From Lingula anatina (Eukaryota > Animalia > Brachiopoda): DNA of 64,000 nucleotides. The stretch spans positions 33,313,967 through 33,377,966 of the forward strand of contig CM120640.1 of NCBI GenBank assembly GCA_051362555.1, in the 5' to 3' direction. Made by a program: the position numbers and the translations under genes. The notes below the pieces were generated by a model. It made no database searches. It had not been told where the DNA came from and saw nothing but the letters and a program-made list of their open reading frames with translations. Positions 48,997 to 58,538 of this stretch are shown in pieces (the first letter of the stretch is position 1; the number at the start of each line of letters is the position of its first letter).

Positions 48997-49410
48997 CTAA
49001 CCATCAATATCTTTTCCTCTGACCACCTTCAGCGCGCCTTTTAAAATACATTTAAGTAGGTTTGGATCAGTGGCCATGATAATTCGCTTATGCCATGCTG
49101 CGTTTGGCAGACATTCCAAGACTACGGGTTCGTCGGCAGCAGTGGATACACCTAATTTCCACGATTGGTATTCCTCGCGTGTAAGCGTTGTGGGGTCATT
49201 CTTTTCAAAGAGTGCAAGCGAATTCTCCAAAGTCGACTTCACGTCCATATGCTCTTCAGTTTTGAAGTTTATGTATGTGAGGATCCACACCACGATGCTT
49301 GGCTCTAGGGAATGTTTTGCCATATATTTCATCATCACTGTTAACAGGAACTCCCTCGTGTGTTGGGGCTGACATGCTGTATTCGTCCTTAGGTTCTCCA
49401 TGTCATACAC
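48997..49410 (-). pseudogene. cGLR C-terminal fragment (~137 codons), 5'-truncated
   Basis: DMENLRTNTACQPQHTREFLL..KDIDG matches the C-termini of paralogs 2 and 3. Fused at ~49410 to M6PR-like intron 4/exon 5 sequence. Confidence 0.88.
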
Positions 49411-50381
49411 TTTTTCTTTCAATTTTTTGCCTCATTTTTTGTTTACTTCCTGTTCGGCAGTCTAGCGAACGTGTGTGTGTTTGAGCAGACAGGAGTTCAT
49501 ATAATTCCCAACTACGATTTCTGGATCATGTTACCCACCTATATTGTCGTAAGTCACCATTCTGGTGTCACTTTTTAAGCAAAAAGTAAAAATGTTGTTT
49601 TGGATTCAAATATTTCTTTAATTTTGCGCCTTCATTTGAAAATATTTCTACCTGTACTGATAGATTCTGATCGCCCCGATTCATTATTTTAAGCCCTGTG
49701 CTTGGTCTATATTATTATTTTTTCAATTTGTCTTTTCAAAACTAATTAATTAAAATCATATAGACATGGTATATTATAGCCAAGTGATGAATAGAAATCA
49801 TCAGTTTCATTTTATTTTGATATCTCAGCTGTTTTATTGATATCAGAATGTATAAATCCTCAGTGCCTTTAAAGTGATAAATATCGAAGTTGGAGATCAG
49901 GCACAGGCCGCGAAGTGGGTCTGCCTTTCGTTCAGTCAAAACTTGGACCCGCCAAAATACTTGAAAATAATCTGTGAAATTCTCTTTATCGCATCTCTTA
50001 AATTAAATTCTTTAAAAGGTTAAACATTGAAGTTTTTTTTTTTTTTGCAAAGTTAAAAGAACCTCATCAGAATCAACTACCTGATGATATAAAACAGCGG
50101 AATAATAGGCCGTAACGCATTTGGTTTGGTTCAGTGGTTTGAAAGTCAAACGGATGAGAACTGGACTTGAAGGTTGCAGTTCTGTAAAATAGTCATTATC
50201 AACTACGGGAACACTCGGTTTCAATTAAAATAAATTTTAAAAAGATTTTGAAAATAATTTATTGTGTTAAAAATATATTAACTGCGAATTTCCATTGTGT
50301 TCTAGGATGGGTTTACATTTACATTCAGCTGCATGTGTTGTAGAGAGACGAATCCGTCCAATTTACGAGGATATCGAATGA
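49411..50381 (+). pseudogene. Second partial duplicate of the M6PR-like gene (exons 5-6)
   Basis: Copy of 46360-47335. The exon 5 acceptor is mutated (tttcaa), and the last exon has the same 1-nt insertion. Confidence 0.85.
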
Positions 50382-51351
50382 AAGGATAAAAAGCGTGGAT
50401 ATTCAAGGATTCATCAAACTTCTTGTTTGGTACTTATTGTGATAAGACAGTACAATTATTCAAGTCTTGGTTTTATGGAAGAGAAGTTGTGGAAAATCAC
50501 ATTATGATACTATCCCTGACATAAGTATTGTTAGGGCTTTTAGTGCAGTGAATGATTTCTTGTTCAAGTAGAGTAATATTTAACTAGTAGTCTTTACTAT
50601 TCTATATAGCGTACACAAGACAAAGGCAAATACTTATTTGCCGACTAGCCCGGCCGATAGGAGAAGGGAGTCGGTTTTATTTCTTTCAATTGGAATTCAG
50701 TAACAAATAATACAATACATTGAGTGTAATATTTATTTGTGCTGTTTTGTTTTATAGAAAAGAAAAGAAAAATGAATGTTGAATTTACCCTTTATAAGTA
50801 TCAAACTCAAATATGACACATCGAATGTACTTAATCTTCTACCGATAACTTAACTTTGGACTCCGTTATTCATTACTATTATCATACAATACTGAATAAA
50901 TTGTACGCAATCTCCTTAAGAATAGCATGCCTTCATTAAGGCCTACGTGAGGAGGGTCATTCGTCAGTAGATAAGACACTTCAAACTCAAGAGACACTTT
51001 ACTTATAATGCAATAAATCAATTGTTTAACCCAGTCACGCTTCTGCCAGACAATGGTGATATTAAAAATAATAGATATGAAACACCATGTCACATGTGCA
51101 TACATACACGGACATATAACCATTTTTTGTGAGCATTTGTTATAATATTAAAATAGCTTTTTATGCTATCCATAAATAAACGATGTTCATGAACTATTGA
51201 TTTAAGAACAAATGTCAATTTAAGACAATTGAACTTATACAATTACTACAACTTTTGTTACTTTGTTACTTATACATACAAAAGCAATTGTTTAAACCCC
51301 AAGTCGGTCTCTGTTGAATATGACTGCTGACCATCTAACTACAGTATATTC

Positions 51352-51456
51352 AGTCTAAATATCAATATCTATTCCTCTGAAAGCTTTAAAGATCCAATTA
51401 AGAAGATTTGAATCAGTGCCCGAATCATTCGCTTATGCCATTCTGCGTTTGGCAGA
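51352..51456 (-). pseudogene. Second 3'-terminal remnant of a cGLR-1-type gene
   Basis: Copy of 48326-48428 and 31830-31948. Confidence 0.8.
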
Positions 51457-51819
51457 ATGTAACGTTTATCTACGTGCTGCGCGCGATTACACTTTTGCCT
51501 GATAATGATGGTGATTTTAAACATAACAGATAAGGCACACCATTTCACACACACACACACGCGCGCGCGAGCATGCACAGACACACACACACTGCATCAA
51601 TCTTCATAAGCATATGAATAAAATCAGAATGTTACTAATAGCTTGTCACCCTACAAATTAATAAATAAAGTTAATGAACTAGTTTTTTGATGACCATTTA
51701 AAACCATTTACATTTAACTGATTCAACATAAAACTTTTGTTATTTACACATACAAAATTAATTGCTTCAATCCAAGCCGCTCTCTGTCATACACGAGTGT
51801 TAGCCAGCTATATTTTTTT

Positions 51820-53787
51820 CTAAATATCAATATCTGTTCTTCTGGCCACCTTCACCGTGTATTTTAAAATAGATTTAACTAGTTTTGGATCAATGGTCAT
51901 GATAATTCGCTTATGCCATTCTGCGTTTGGCAGACATTCCGAGACTACGGGGTGGTCGGCAGCAGTGGATACACTTAATTTCCACGTTTGGTATTCCTCG
52001 CGTGTGAGCGCTGTGGGGTCATCCTTTTCATAGAGTGCAAGCGAATTCTCCAAAGTCGACTTCACGTCCATATGCACTTCAGTTTTGAAGTTAATGTATG
52101 AAAGGATCCACACCACGATGCTTGGCTCTAGGGAATGAGTTGCCATATATTTCATCATCACTGTCAACAGGAATTCCCTCGTGTGTTGGGGCTGACATGC
52201 TGTATTCATCCTTAACATATCCATGTCACATACTGCCAGCTGAAGACACTCAGTCAGGTTATTAAGGGCGATGTGATACAGTCCTTGGTCATGGATCCAT
52301 TTCCGTACAGTTTCCGAAGCTCCATCTTTTGGTTGTTGCAGTCCATTTTCCGGCAACGTAGGGATAGACAGAACGCTCAACGTGTTTCGATCTTTTTCTT
52401 CGTTATCCTTTGCATCCAGTTGTTTAGCTTGGCCTGCCTTGATCTCACCAAGCCAATCCCTGATCTCGCGAATATAATCGTCTGTTAAGGCGCCTAAGGT
52501 TGAAACCAGAATTTGCTGCAAAGACGCCTTGGGTTGACTTTTTAGGGATTGAATGAAAAGAAGCATAGGGCTCCTTGCGTCATAGAGGTCAATAAACTTG
52601 ACCTTAATGCCCAAAGTGACTAGAACCTCAAACATATTATTTCTCGATTTTTTAACGGAACGGGCAAGTTGGCGGAGATGTGCTTTGGGCACGCGAGCGA
52701 AAAGATTGCCCTCTGGCACAAAATAATGCGGTAAACATCCCCGAACAAGACAACCCAGCATTTCGTCAAGAAATGTGATTAATATGTGATATAAATTTGC
52801 TTCGGTCCAGTGACTACGAGGGATTTTTTCACATAGCCAGAAATACACATTTTTCAAATGATAGGAACTGAGAGCAGTGCTAGGGAATTCTTCAAGGACG
52901 CAATGACGCTGAATAAGCTTCATAATAATGTACACTTTCCTCTGCAACAAAGTTAACGAGTTCGCCAAAAGTCTTTCCTGGGCAGTGAACGAATAGCGCC
53001 ATTCTAGACCCTGGACTCCCCCCGGACCAACGGGAACTATGAAGCATCCAGCTGAAACACATTGGTGGACCAAACTTTTATCTGGCCAGCCGCTTTTTCG
53101 GTGTCTGTGTACCCATTCTTCTGCTGGCCACAGGTTATGATGGAAGGCTAAGACTCTGTCGAGTCCCAATGCTACCTGGATTTTAGCATTTGAAACAGGA
53201 ATGGCAGTCACGCATGAAGCAGCTGGCCCATGTATATCTGTTTCTTGCGTACTCAGAGAATCCGGCATAATTTTTGCCTTGAAAGGCATACCAACCATTG
53301 CAGTGTGCGTCACTATCCGAGTTCCTATATACTCACTCCTAGATAGAGCGTGGCCTTCTCTTTTTCCAAGTTTGACATATTCTTTCGTAAGACGAAGTCG
53401 TATATATAGCGGGTTACTGGTAGATTCTGTATCAAATATTCTACTCTTGGAGACACCGTCCTCGCTAACAATGAGGTTGTCAAGAACAGTCATTTCATCC
53501 ATGTCTGAAACCTCGCAGGACCATCTGGAACCATCTTCAGAACCTGCAGATAAAAGAACGTAGTGGTCCGGCACTGACAACCCATCCAAGCGACTTCCGG
53601 AACTAAAGGAGGATTGGTTTTGTACCAACGGCACGGAAAGATTTTCTAATACTGCATCAGCCATGGCTTTCATTAAAGGCACGCGGACTTTGTGTTTCAC
53701 ATTTTCGTTCTCTACCACTGGCATTGGTAGAAAATATTTCAAGATAAATTCAAATAAAGTTCTCGATTCTTTATCTTGTGCCATCAT
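51820..53787 (-). CDS. cGAS-like receptor (cGLR/Mab-21) paralog 3, ~655 aa
   Basis: SSGSRLDG, SDMDEM, HGPA, GLDRV, LEWRYSF, SYHLKN, LPHYFVPEGNL. Acceptor at 53806-53807 before the MM start; ORF intact. Confidence 0.9.
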   Translation of the reverse strand: MMAQDKESRTLFEFILKYFLPMPVVENENVKHKVRVPLMKAMADAVLENLSVPLVQNQSSFSSGSRLDGLSVPDHYVLLSAGSEDGSRWSCEVSDMDEMTVLDNLIVSEDGVSKSRIFDTESTSNPLYIRLRLTKEYVKLGKREGHALSRSEYIGTRIVTHTAMVGMPFKAKIMPDSLSTQETDIHGPAASCVTAIPVSNAKIQVALGLDRVLAFHHNLWPAEEWVHRHRKSGWPDKSLVHQCVSAGCFIVPVGPGGVQGLEWRYSFTAQERLLANSLTLLQRKVYIIMKLIQRHCVLEEFPSTALSSYHLKNVYFWLCEKIPRSHWTEANLYHILITFLDEMLGCLVRGCLPHYFVPEGNLFARVPKAHLRQLARSVKKSRNNMFEVLVTLGIKVKFIDLYDARSPMLLFIQSLKSQPKASLQQILVSTLGALTDDYIREIRDWLGEIKAGQAKQLDAKDNEEKDRNTLSVLSIPTLPENGLQQPKDGASETVRKWIHDQGLYHIALNNLTECLQLAVCDMDMLRMNTACQPQHTREFLLTVMMKYMATHSLEPSIVVWILSYINFKTEVHMDVKSTLENSLALYEKDDPTALTREEYQTWKLSVSTAADHPVVSECLPNAEWHKRIIMTIDPKLVKSILKYTVKVARRTDIDI

Positions 53788-54158
53788 CTTTAATTCTCTC
53801 CGCTTCTGTAAAAAAATAAAATAAAAAGCCAACATTTTAGAATGAGTGAAACGTGTTGATTTACCTGTCTCAGAAAATGTCAGTAGAATTAGAGTCGGGT
53901 AATAAAAATGTCTCAGAAAATGTTAGAGTCGGGTAATAAAACCTCTTGAACTTAAAGCCAAAAATATGATATAATTTAAAATTAAACGAGACTTACCTTG
54001 GTTAAGTCGATGTTTGATTGTAATTCTGTGAGTGTGAAAATGAGGGAGGGCTTAAATGAGATATGCTTGCGCATGCGTACTCAGCCTTTAAAGCTTGATG
54101 TTTTCACATTTTTTTTTTAAAGAACATTTTTATTTATTTATCTATTAGTAGTATTATG

Positions 54159-54206
<48 letters not shown>

Positions 54207-54538
54207 GTGAGCTGATTACATTGGAATTATATTACTGAGTAAGCTGGGTGGGGAGGGTGGCATTTAAGCCCTCCCTCATTTTTACACTCACAGAATTACA
54301 ATCAAACATCGACTTAACCAAAGGTAAGTCTCGTTTAATTTTAAATTCTATTTCGTATAAAAATATCGGTCAGTCTTAAATGAGACTTTAAAGTAAAATG
54401 TGACAAACATCAATAAACCAGTATTCAATGGCCTTTATTTCAGCTTAAAATATCGTTTAGAACAGTTTCAACAAATCATCAACAGATACTCATGTAAACC
54501 TATACATGCCAGTATATACTAGTATATGAATATGCTCA

Positions 54539-55777
54539 TTACTTCCTTTTTAAAACTCCATATTCAAATGTGGTAGCTTTATCCTCGATTTGTTTCTCAT
54601 AGAATTTTGCAAATGTTTTTTCAGTACTCCAACCAGCTTTGTTCAAAATATCTGTCACTGGCACAGAATTCATTTTTGCCTTTGAAACAGCAGCAGCTCT
54701 CACACTGTGAGCACCAAATAAAGTAGTGTCTATTCCCGATTTTGTCATTACAACTTTGATCCATCTAGAAATCGTATCTCTTTGAACAGGTTTATAAGGT
54801 TTCATATAACTTATAAGCAAATTTTTATCAACATTATGCCTACGCAATGTCTTTGTACGAGCTATATACTCTTTTAAAACAGTATAAACACACAACCTCC
54901 TATCTGGAGGGTAAGCTTTAAACACAATATGTGATGAATTACAACCTGGTCTACTTTGCTTCAGTAAACCACATAACTGAAACACAAACTCTGAACTCAA
55001 CTTTTTCATATCAACAACAGAAATTAAATGCAATGTTTGTACACGTGTGGCATTAATTACTGTCATGAGCATTGTAAGTTTTAAAGTCAGATCCTTCAAA
55101 GTCAAGTGCTTTACTGGTGAAAGTTTCCTTAAGAAAACCAGAACTTTATTACCATCCCAAATTTGAGCATAACGTTGTCTTGGTGGCCTCAAATTATAAA
55201 TGCCTTTCATATATCTTATCACCAATGGATGACTCCCTGCTGAAACTCCATCAATTTGAATACCCATTGATGAAATAGCACCTCTTGCTGTATTTAAACT
55301 GTCATAAGCTAAGCCATCATTAAACTGTTTTGTAAGAAATTCTATCACCTCTTCCACATGTGGTGAAATTGAATTAATTTTCCTTTCACCACAGTATTTG
55401 AACCAGCGTTTAATGAACAGGTTGTATTGTTTCTTTGTCCCTGTACGCCAAGATGACATAAGTATGTGGGTTGATTGCTCAGAAAGGCCTCGTTCTCTAA
55501 ACTGTTCCCTGATACTTTGCATACAATGAGTTTCAACTTGTCCATAAGAGGATGTTCCACTGGGAGCTTGTTCCCTGGTAAAGTTAGCAGACCTTTTTTC
55601 TTTTGAATGACTATTGGGTTTTCCACAAGTAATTCCATCAACTTTGCAAACCATATCTGTGTTGGCCATACAGGAGCCACTATAATACCCCTGGCTTTGT
55701 CTTTGCGAATCTTCTGGATACAATGACCCAGCAAACTGAAAGGTGGAAACAGATAAACATAATTCAGTGTTCCCCAA
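54539..55777 (-). CDS. DIRS tyrosine recombinase (ORF3)
   Basis: N-terminal SAM-like region (WRTGTKKQY..W..YC) and catalytic R (ATRV), HSVR, AGW, FAKFY. True start uncertain. Confidence 0.9.
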   Translation of the reverse strand: MGNTELCLSVSTFQFAGSLYPEDSQRQSQGYYSGSCMANTDMVCKVDGITCGKPNSHSKEKRSANFTREQAPSGTSSYGQVETHCMQSIREQFRERGLSEQSTHILMSSWRTGTKKQYNLFIKRWFKYCGERKINSISPHVEEVIEFLTKQFNDGLAYDSLNTARGAISSMGIQIDGVSAGSHPLVIRYMKGIYNLRPPRQRYAQIWDGNKVLVFLRKLSPVKHLTLKDLTLKLTMLMTVINATRVQTLHLISVVDMKKLSSEFVFQLCGLLKQSRPGCNSSHIVFKAYPPDRRLCVYTVLKEYIARTKTLRRHNVDKNLLISYMKPYKPVQRDTISRWIKVVMTKSGIDTTLFGAHSVRAAAVSKAKMNSVPVTDILNKAGWSTEKTFAKFYEKQIEDKATTFEYGVLKRK

Positions 55778-57435
55778 TCATAAGTAAATGCATTAATACC
55801 CCAAGCAAAGGGGTCTGCCTGCCATGAACAATATCTTTCAACTTGCGCATTTAATCTAGAGGCAAAAAGATCAATAAATGGATTTCCAAATTTTTCACAT
55901 ATCTTTTGAAATACATTCTCATTCAACTTCCATTCTAAACGTTCATTAAACTTCCTAGAAGCATCATCAGCATCTACATTATCTTTCCCTGGCACATGGA
56001 CACAGGTGAGCCAATCATTTTTCTCGATACACCAATGCCAAATCTTTTTTGCTATGTTATTGCAATCATAAGATTTAATTCCACCCATATTCTGAATATA
56101 GTCACATGCTGTAATATTATCACTCATGATCTTTACATGTTTATTTTCAAATCTAAATGTAAAAGACTGCAATGCATATAATATTGCTAGTAACTCTAAA
56201 GCATTTATATGAAGGTTAGCTTCTTCTGGAAACCATCTACCACCAATTTTTTGACCCTCCAAATGAGCACCCCAGCCTAATTTGGATGCATCAGTATACA
56301 ATATAATGTCAACATTTCCTTTGTCAATTTTCCTTCTTTGCAAGTGGACATTTTCCATCCACCATTGTAATTCTTGCTTCATACTAATTGTAATGTGCAT
56401 CATAGCATCATAATTTCCATTGTTGCTTTTTAAAGCACTTATCTTCTGCTTTTCAAGTTCTCTATAATGGAGTTTACCATATTCAACAGCTGAGAATGTT
56501 GAAACTATAATTCCAATCACTTTAGCTACTAGTCTTACTTTTGCTTCCGTTTTAATGATAAGCATTTTACACCGCTGTACAATGTGATCCATTTTATCTT
56601 TAGGTAAAGTCACCGTCATACTTTCAGAATCATTTATATTTCCCAAAAACAACAATGATTGTTGGGGAATAAGGACAGACTTTTCTGCATTGATTATAAA
56701 ACCAAGTGTTTCCATTAGATGTTTTGTGCATCTTATATTTTCAACACATTCAAGGTAATTATCTGAAAACAATAAACTGTCATCAATAAATCCTGAACTA
56801 GAATGGCCAAGACTTCTCAATTTTGCATATACAGGCTTTAATAATTTCGTAAATATTTTGGGCCCTTCAGAAACGCCATTTGCAAGGCATGTGTATTGAT
56901 AGATATTTCCTTCCCAAACAAATCGAAAAAGAATTTGCTGTTCTTCTGCTATTTTCACACTATAATATGCATGCTTTATATCAATTGATGCTAGGAAGCA
57001 TCCTTTTGTCACTAAGGTCAATGCCTTTTCAAAAGTGTCCATTTTAAAATGTTCATAGGGAATGTGTTGATTCAGCTTCTTAAGATTTAATATCATTCTG
57101 TATTCTCCATTCTTTTTAGGGCGTACAAAAATAGGAGATAAAAACTGCCCCGGTACACTTTGAACTTTCTTAATAACACCAAGATCAAGTAGTTTAGAAA
57201 TTTCTTTCCTGATTATAATTGTTTCTTCTGTGTTAAACCTATATTTCACCATATCATTTAAGTTTTGAAATCCAATGTTGGTATCAACATTTATATGACA
57301 ATTTTGTACTATATCCAAGATATATGGGTCACTGGTCAATTTTCTCCATTCATCTACAAACAAATGCAATCTACCAGCTTGAAATTTATGTCTCACCTCT
57401 AGTATCTGTTCTGATCCCACTGGCTGCTTTGCCAT
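55345..57435 (-). CDS. DIRS reverse transcriptase / RNase H / adenine-methyltransferase-like (ORF2)
   Basis: RT motifs RMILNLKKLN, IDIKHAY, FIDD. RNase H motifs TDAS..GWG, HINALEL, SDN, NVDADDAS. MT-like motifs IDLFASRLN and YLFPPF. Confidence 0.92.
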   Translation of the reverse strand: MAKQPVGSEQILEVRHKFQAGRLHLFVDEWRKLTSDPYILDIVQNCHINVDTNIGFQNLNDMVKYRFNTEETIIIRKEISKLLDLGVIKKVQSVPGQFLSPIFVRPKKNGEYRMILNLKKLNQHIPYEHFKMDTFEKALTLVTKGCFLASIDIKHAYYSVKIAEEQQILFRFVWEGNIYQYTCLANGVSEGPKIFTKLLKPVYAKLRSLGHSSSGFIDDSLLFSDNYLECVENIRCTKHLMETLGFIINAEKSVLIPQQSLLFLGNINDSESMTVTLPKDKMDHIVQRCKMLIIKTEAKVRLVAKVIGIIVSTFSAVEYGKLHYRELEKQKISALKSNNGNYDAMMHITISMKQELQWWMENVHLQRRKIDKGNVDIILYTDASKLGWGAHLEGQKIGGRWFPEEANLHINALELLAILYALQSFTFRFENKHVKIMSDNITACDYIQNMGGIKSYDCNNIAKKIWHWCIEKNDWLTCVHVPGKDNVDADDASRKFNERLEWKLNENVFQKICEKFGNPFIDLFASRLNAQVERYCSWQADPFAWGINAFTYDWGTLNYVYLFPPFSLLGHCIQKIRKDKARGIIVAPVWPTQIWFAKLMELLVENPIVIQKKKGLLTLPGNKLPVEHPLMDKLKLIVCKVSGNSLENEAFLSNQPTYLCHLGVQGQRNNTTCSLNAGSNTVVKGKLIQFHHMWKR

Positions 57436-58538
57436 GAGAAGTTTTTTGAATCTGCATGTGCACCCCTCTGGGAAGAACTTCCTCGGCCACGATTGTACCT
57501 TCCTCTCATGCGTCCCCTGAATCGTGGGCCCCTTTGGTATGGGCGGTTTCTATAATCCAAGCCCATTCTACTCTGCATCATTTTATAACTCATTTTCGCA
57601 GAATCTTCCACTTCCCTTGCAGATTTGGTAATATCATCTCCAAAGAAAAAAGTTGTGCACGGAATGTTATGATTGCACAAAGGTTTGTACTCTGGCTTGA
57701 GGTTTGGTTTTAACAAATCCTTTCTAAAACAGTTAATCTGTGTATTGGCATGACCAAGCAAAGCAATACTGTCACTGAACATATCAATGAGTTTTCCAAG
57801 CCCTTCACTCGTATCATTTCCTGTTTCTAACTTAGCCAGTTTGTCTATTCCTTTAGTCATCAACGTAGCTGCTTTTACAACTGACATTTGAACATCCTGT
57901 AACTTCTTATCATTTGTTTTGGCATATTGAGGAATAATGTTCCATACCATTTTATTGGTTTTGACTATCACCAAACTTTCACAGTTTTTTGGCCGTGAGT
58001 TATTTTCATCTTTGGTAAGTTCTGTATACTTTGAATGATCTACTATCCCATTGGTGAACAAATCATTGACACTACTCGCCAACACACTGTCAACTTCCAC
58101 GTCTGTATACTCTATTAATTTATATCTCTTCGTCATATCATCAAATCTGTTTGTGCTACTAGTACCTGCCTCCGGGCATGTTTCATCCTCCAATCTTTCA
58201 TCATACTGTTCATCAAAGTCATAATTCTCCTCACAATATTCATCGTGATACAGGTACTGTTTCTCTAAAGTATCTATGCGTCCCACGACGCTGTTAATGT
58301 TCGTTTCCTGTCTCTGCACAGTTTCTTGTATATTTTTCATTATAGTTAAATATTCATCACTGTTATGACTAGATTTTGCTTTGTCGTCTAGTTTCCCCTT
58401 TCCTGTTCTAGTTTTTACTTTCTTTGCTTTAACGTCCTCGCTATTCTTACATGTATCTATTGCGGGTTTTGAAAGGCCCGGTAAAACAGCACTACACGTG
58501 CTTTCGGCCGCCATATTGAAATTAAGTTTGGCACACAA
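57399..58538 (-). CDS. DIRS gag-like ORF1
   Basis: Lies upstream of and overlaps the RT ORF. RPKNCESL..N..VW, coiled-coil, FFGDD, RG-rich tail. Probable ATG at 58514. Confidence 0.8.
   Translation of the reverse strand: MCAKLNFNMAAESTCSAVLPGLSKPAIDTCKNSEDVKAKKVKTRTGKGKLDDKAKSSHNSDEYLTIMKNIQETVQRQETNINSVVGRIDTLEKQYLYHDEYCEENYDFDEQYDERLEDETCPEAGTSSTNRFDDMTKRYKLIEYTDVEVDSVLASSVNDLFTNGIVDHSKYTELTKDENNSRPKNCESLVIVKTNKMVWNIIPQYAKTNDKKLQDVQMSVVKAATLMTKGIDKLAKLETGNDTSEGLGKLIDMFSDSIALLGHANTQINCFRKDLLKPNLKPEYKPLCNHNIPCTTFFFGDDITKSAREVEDSAKMSYKMMQSRMGLDYRNRPYQRGPRFRGRMRGRYNRGRGSSSQRGAHADSKNFSWQSSQWDQNRY

Noticed and set aside
20968-53787. Bacterial CBASS-like operon or horizontally transferred island (LicD + CD-NTase + transporter)
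   Set aside because: The genes have spliceosomal introns or acceptors and animal-type Mab-21 and SLC10 motifs, with eukaryotic transposons in between.
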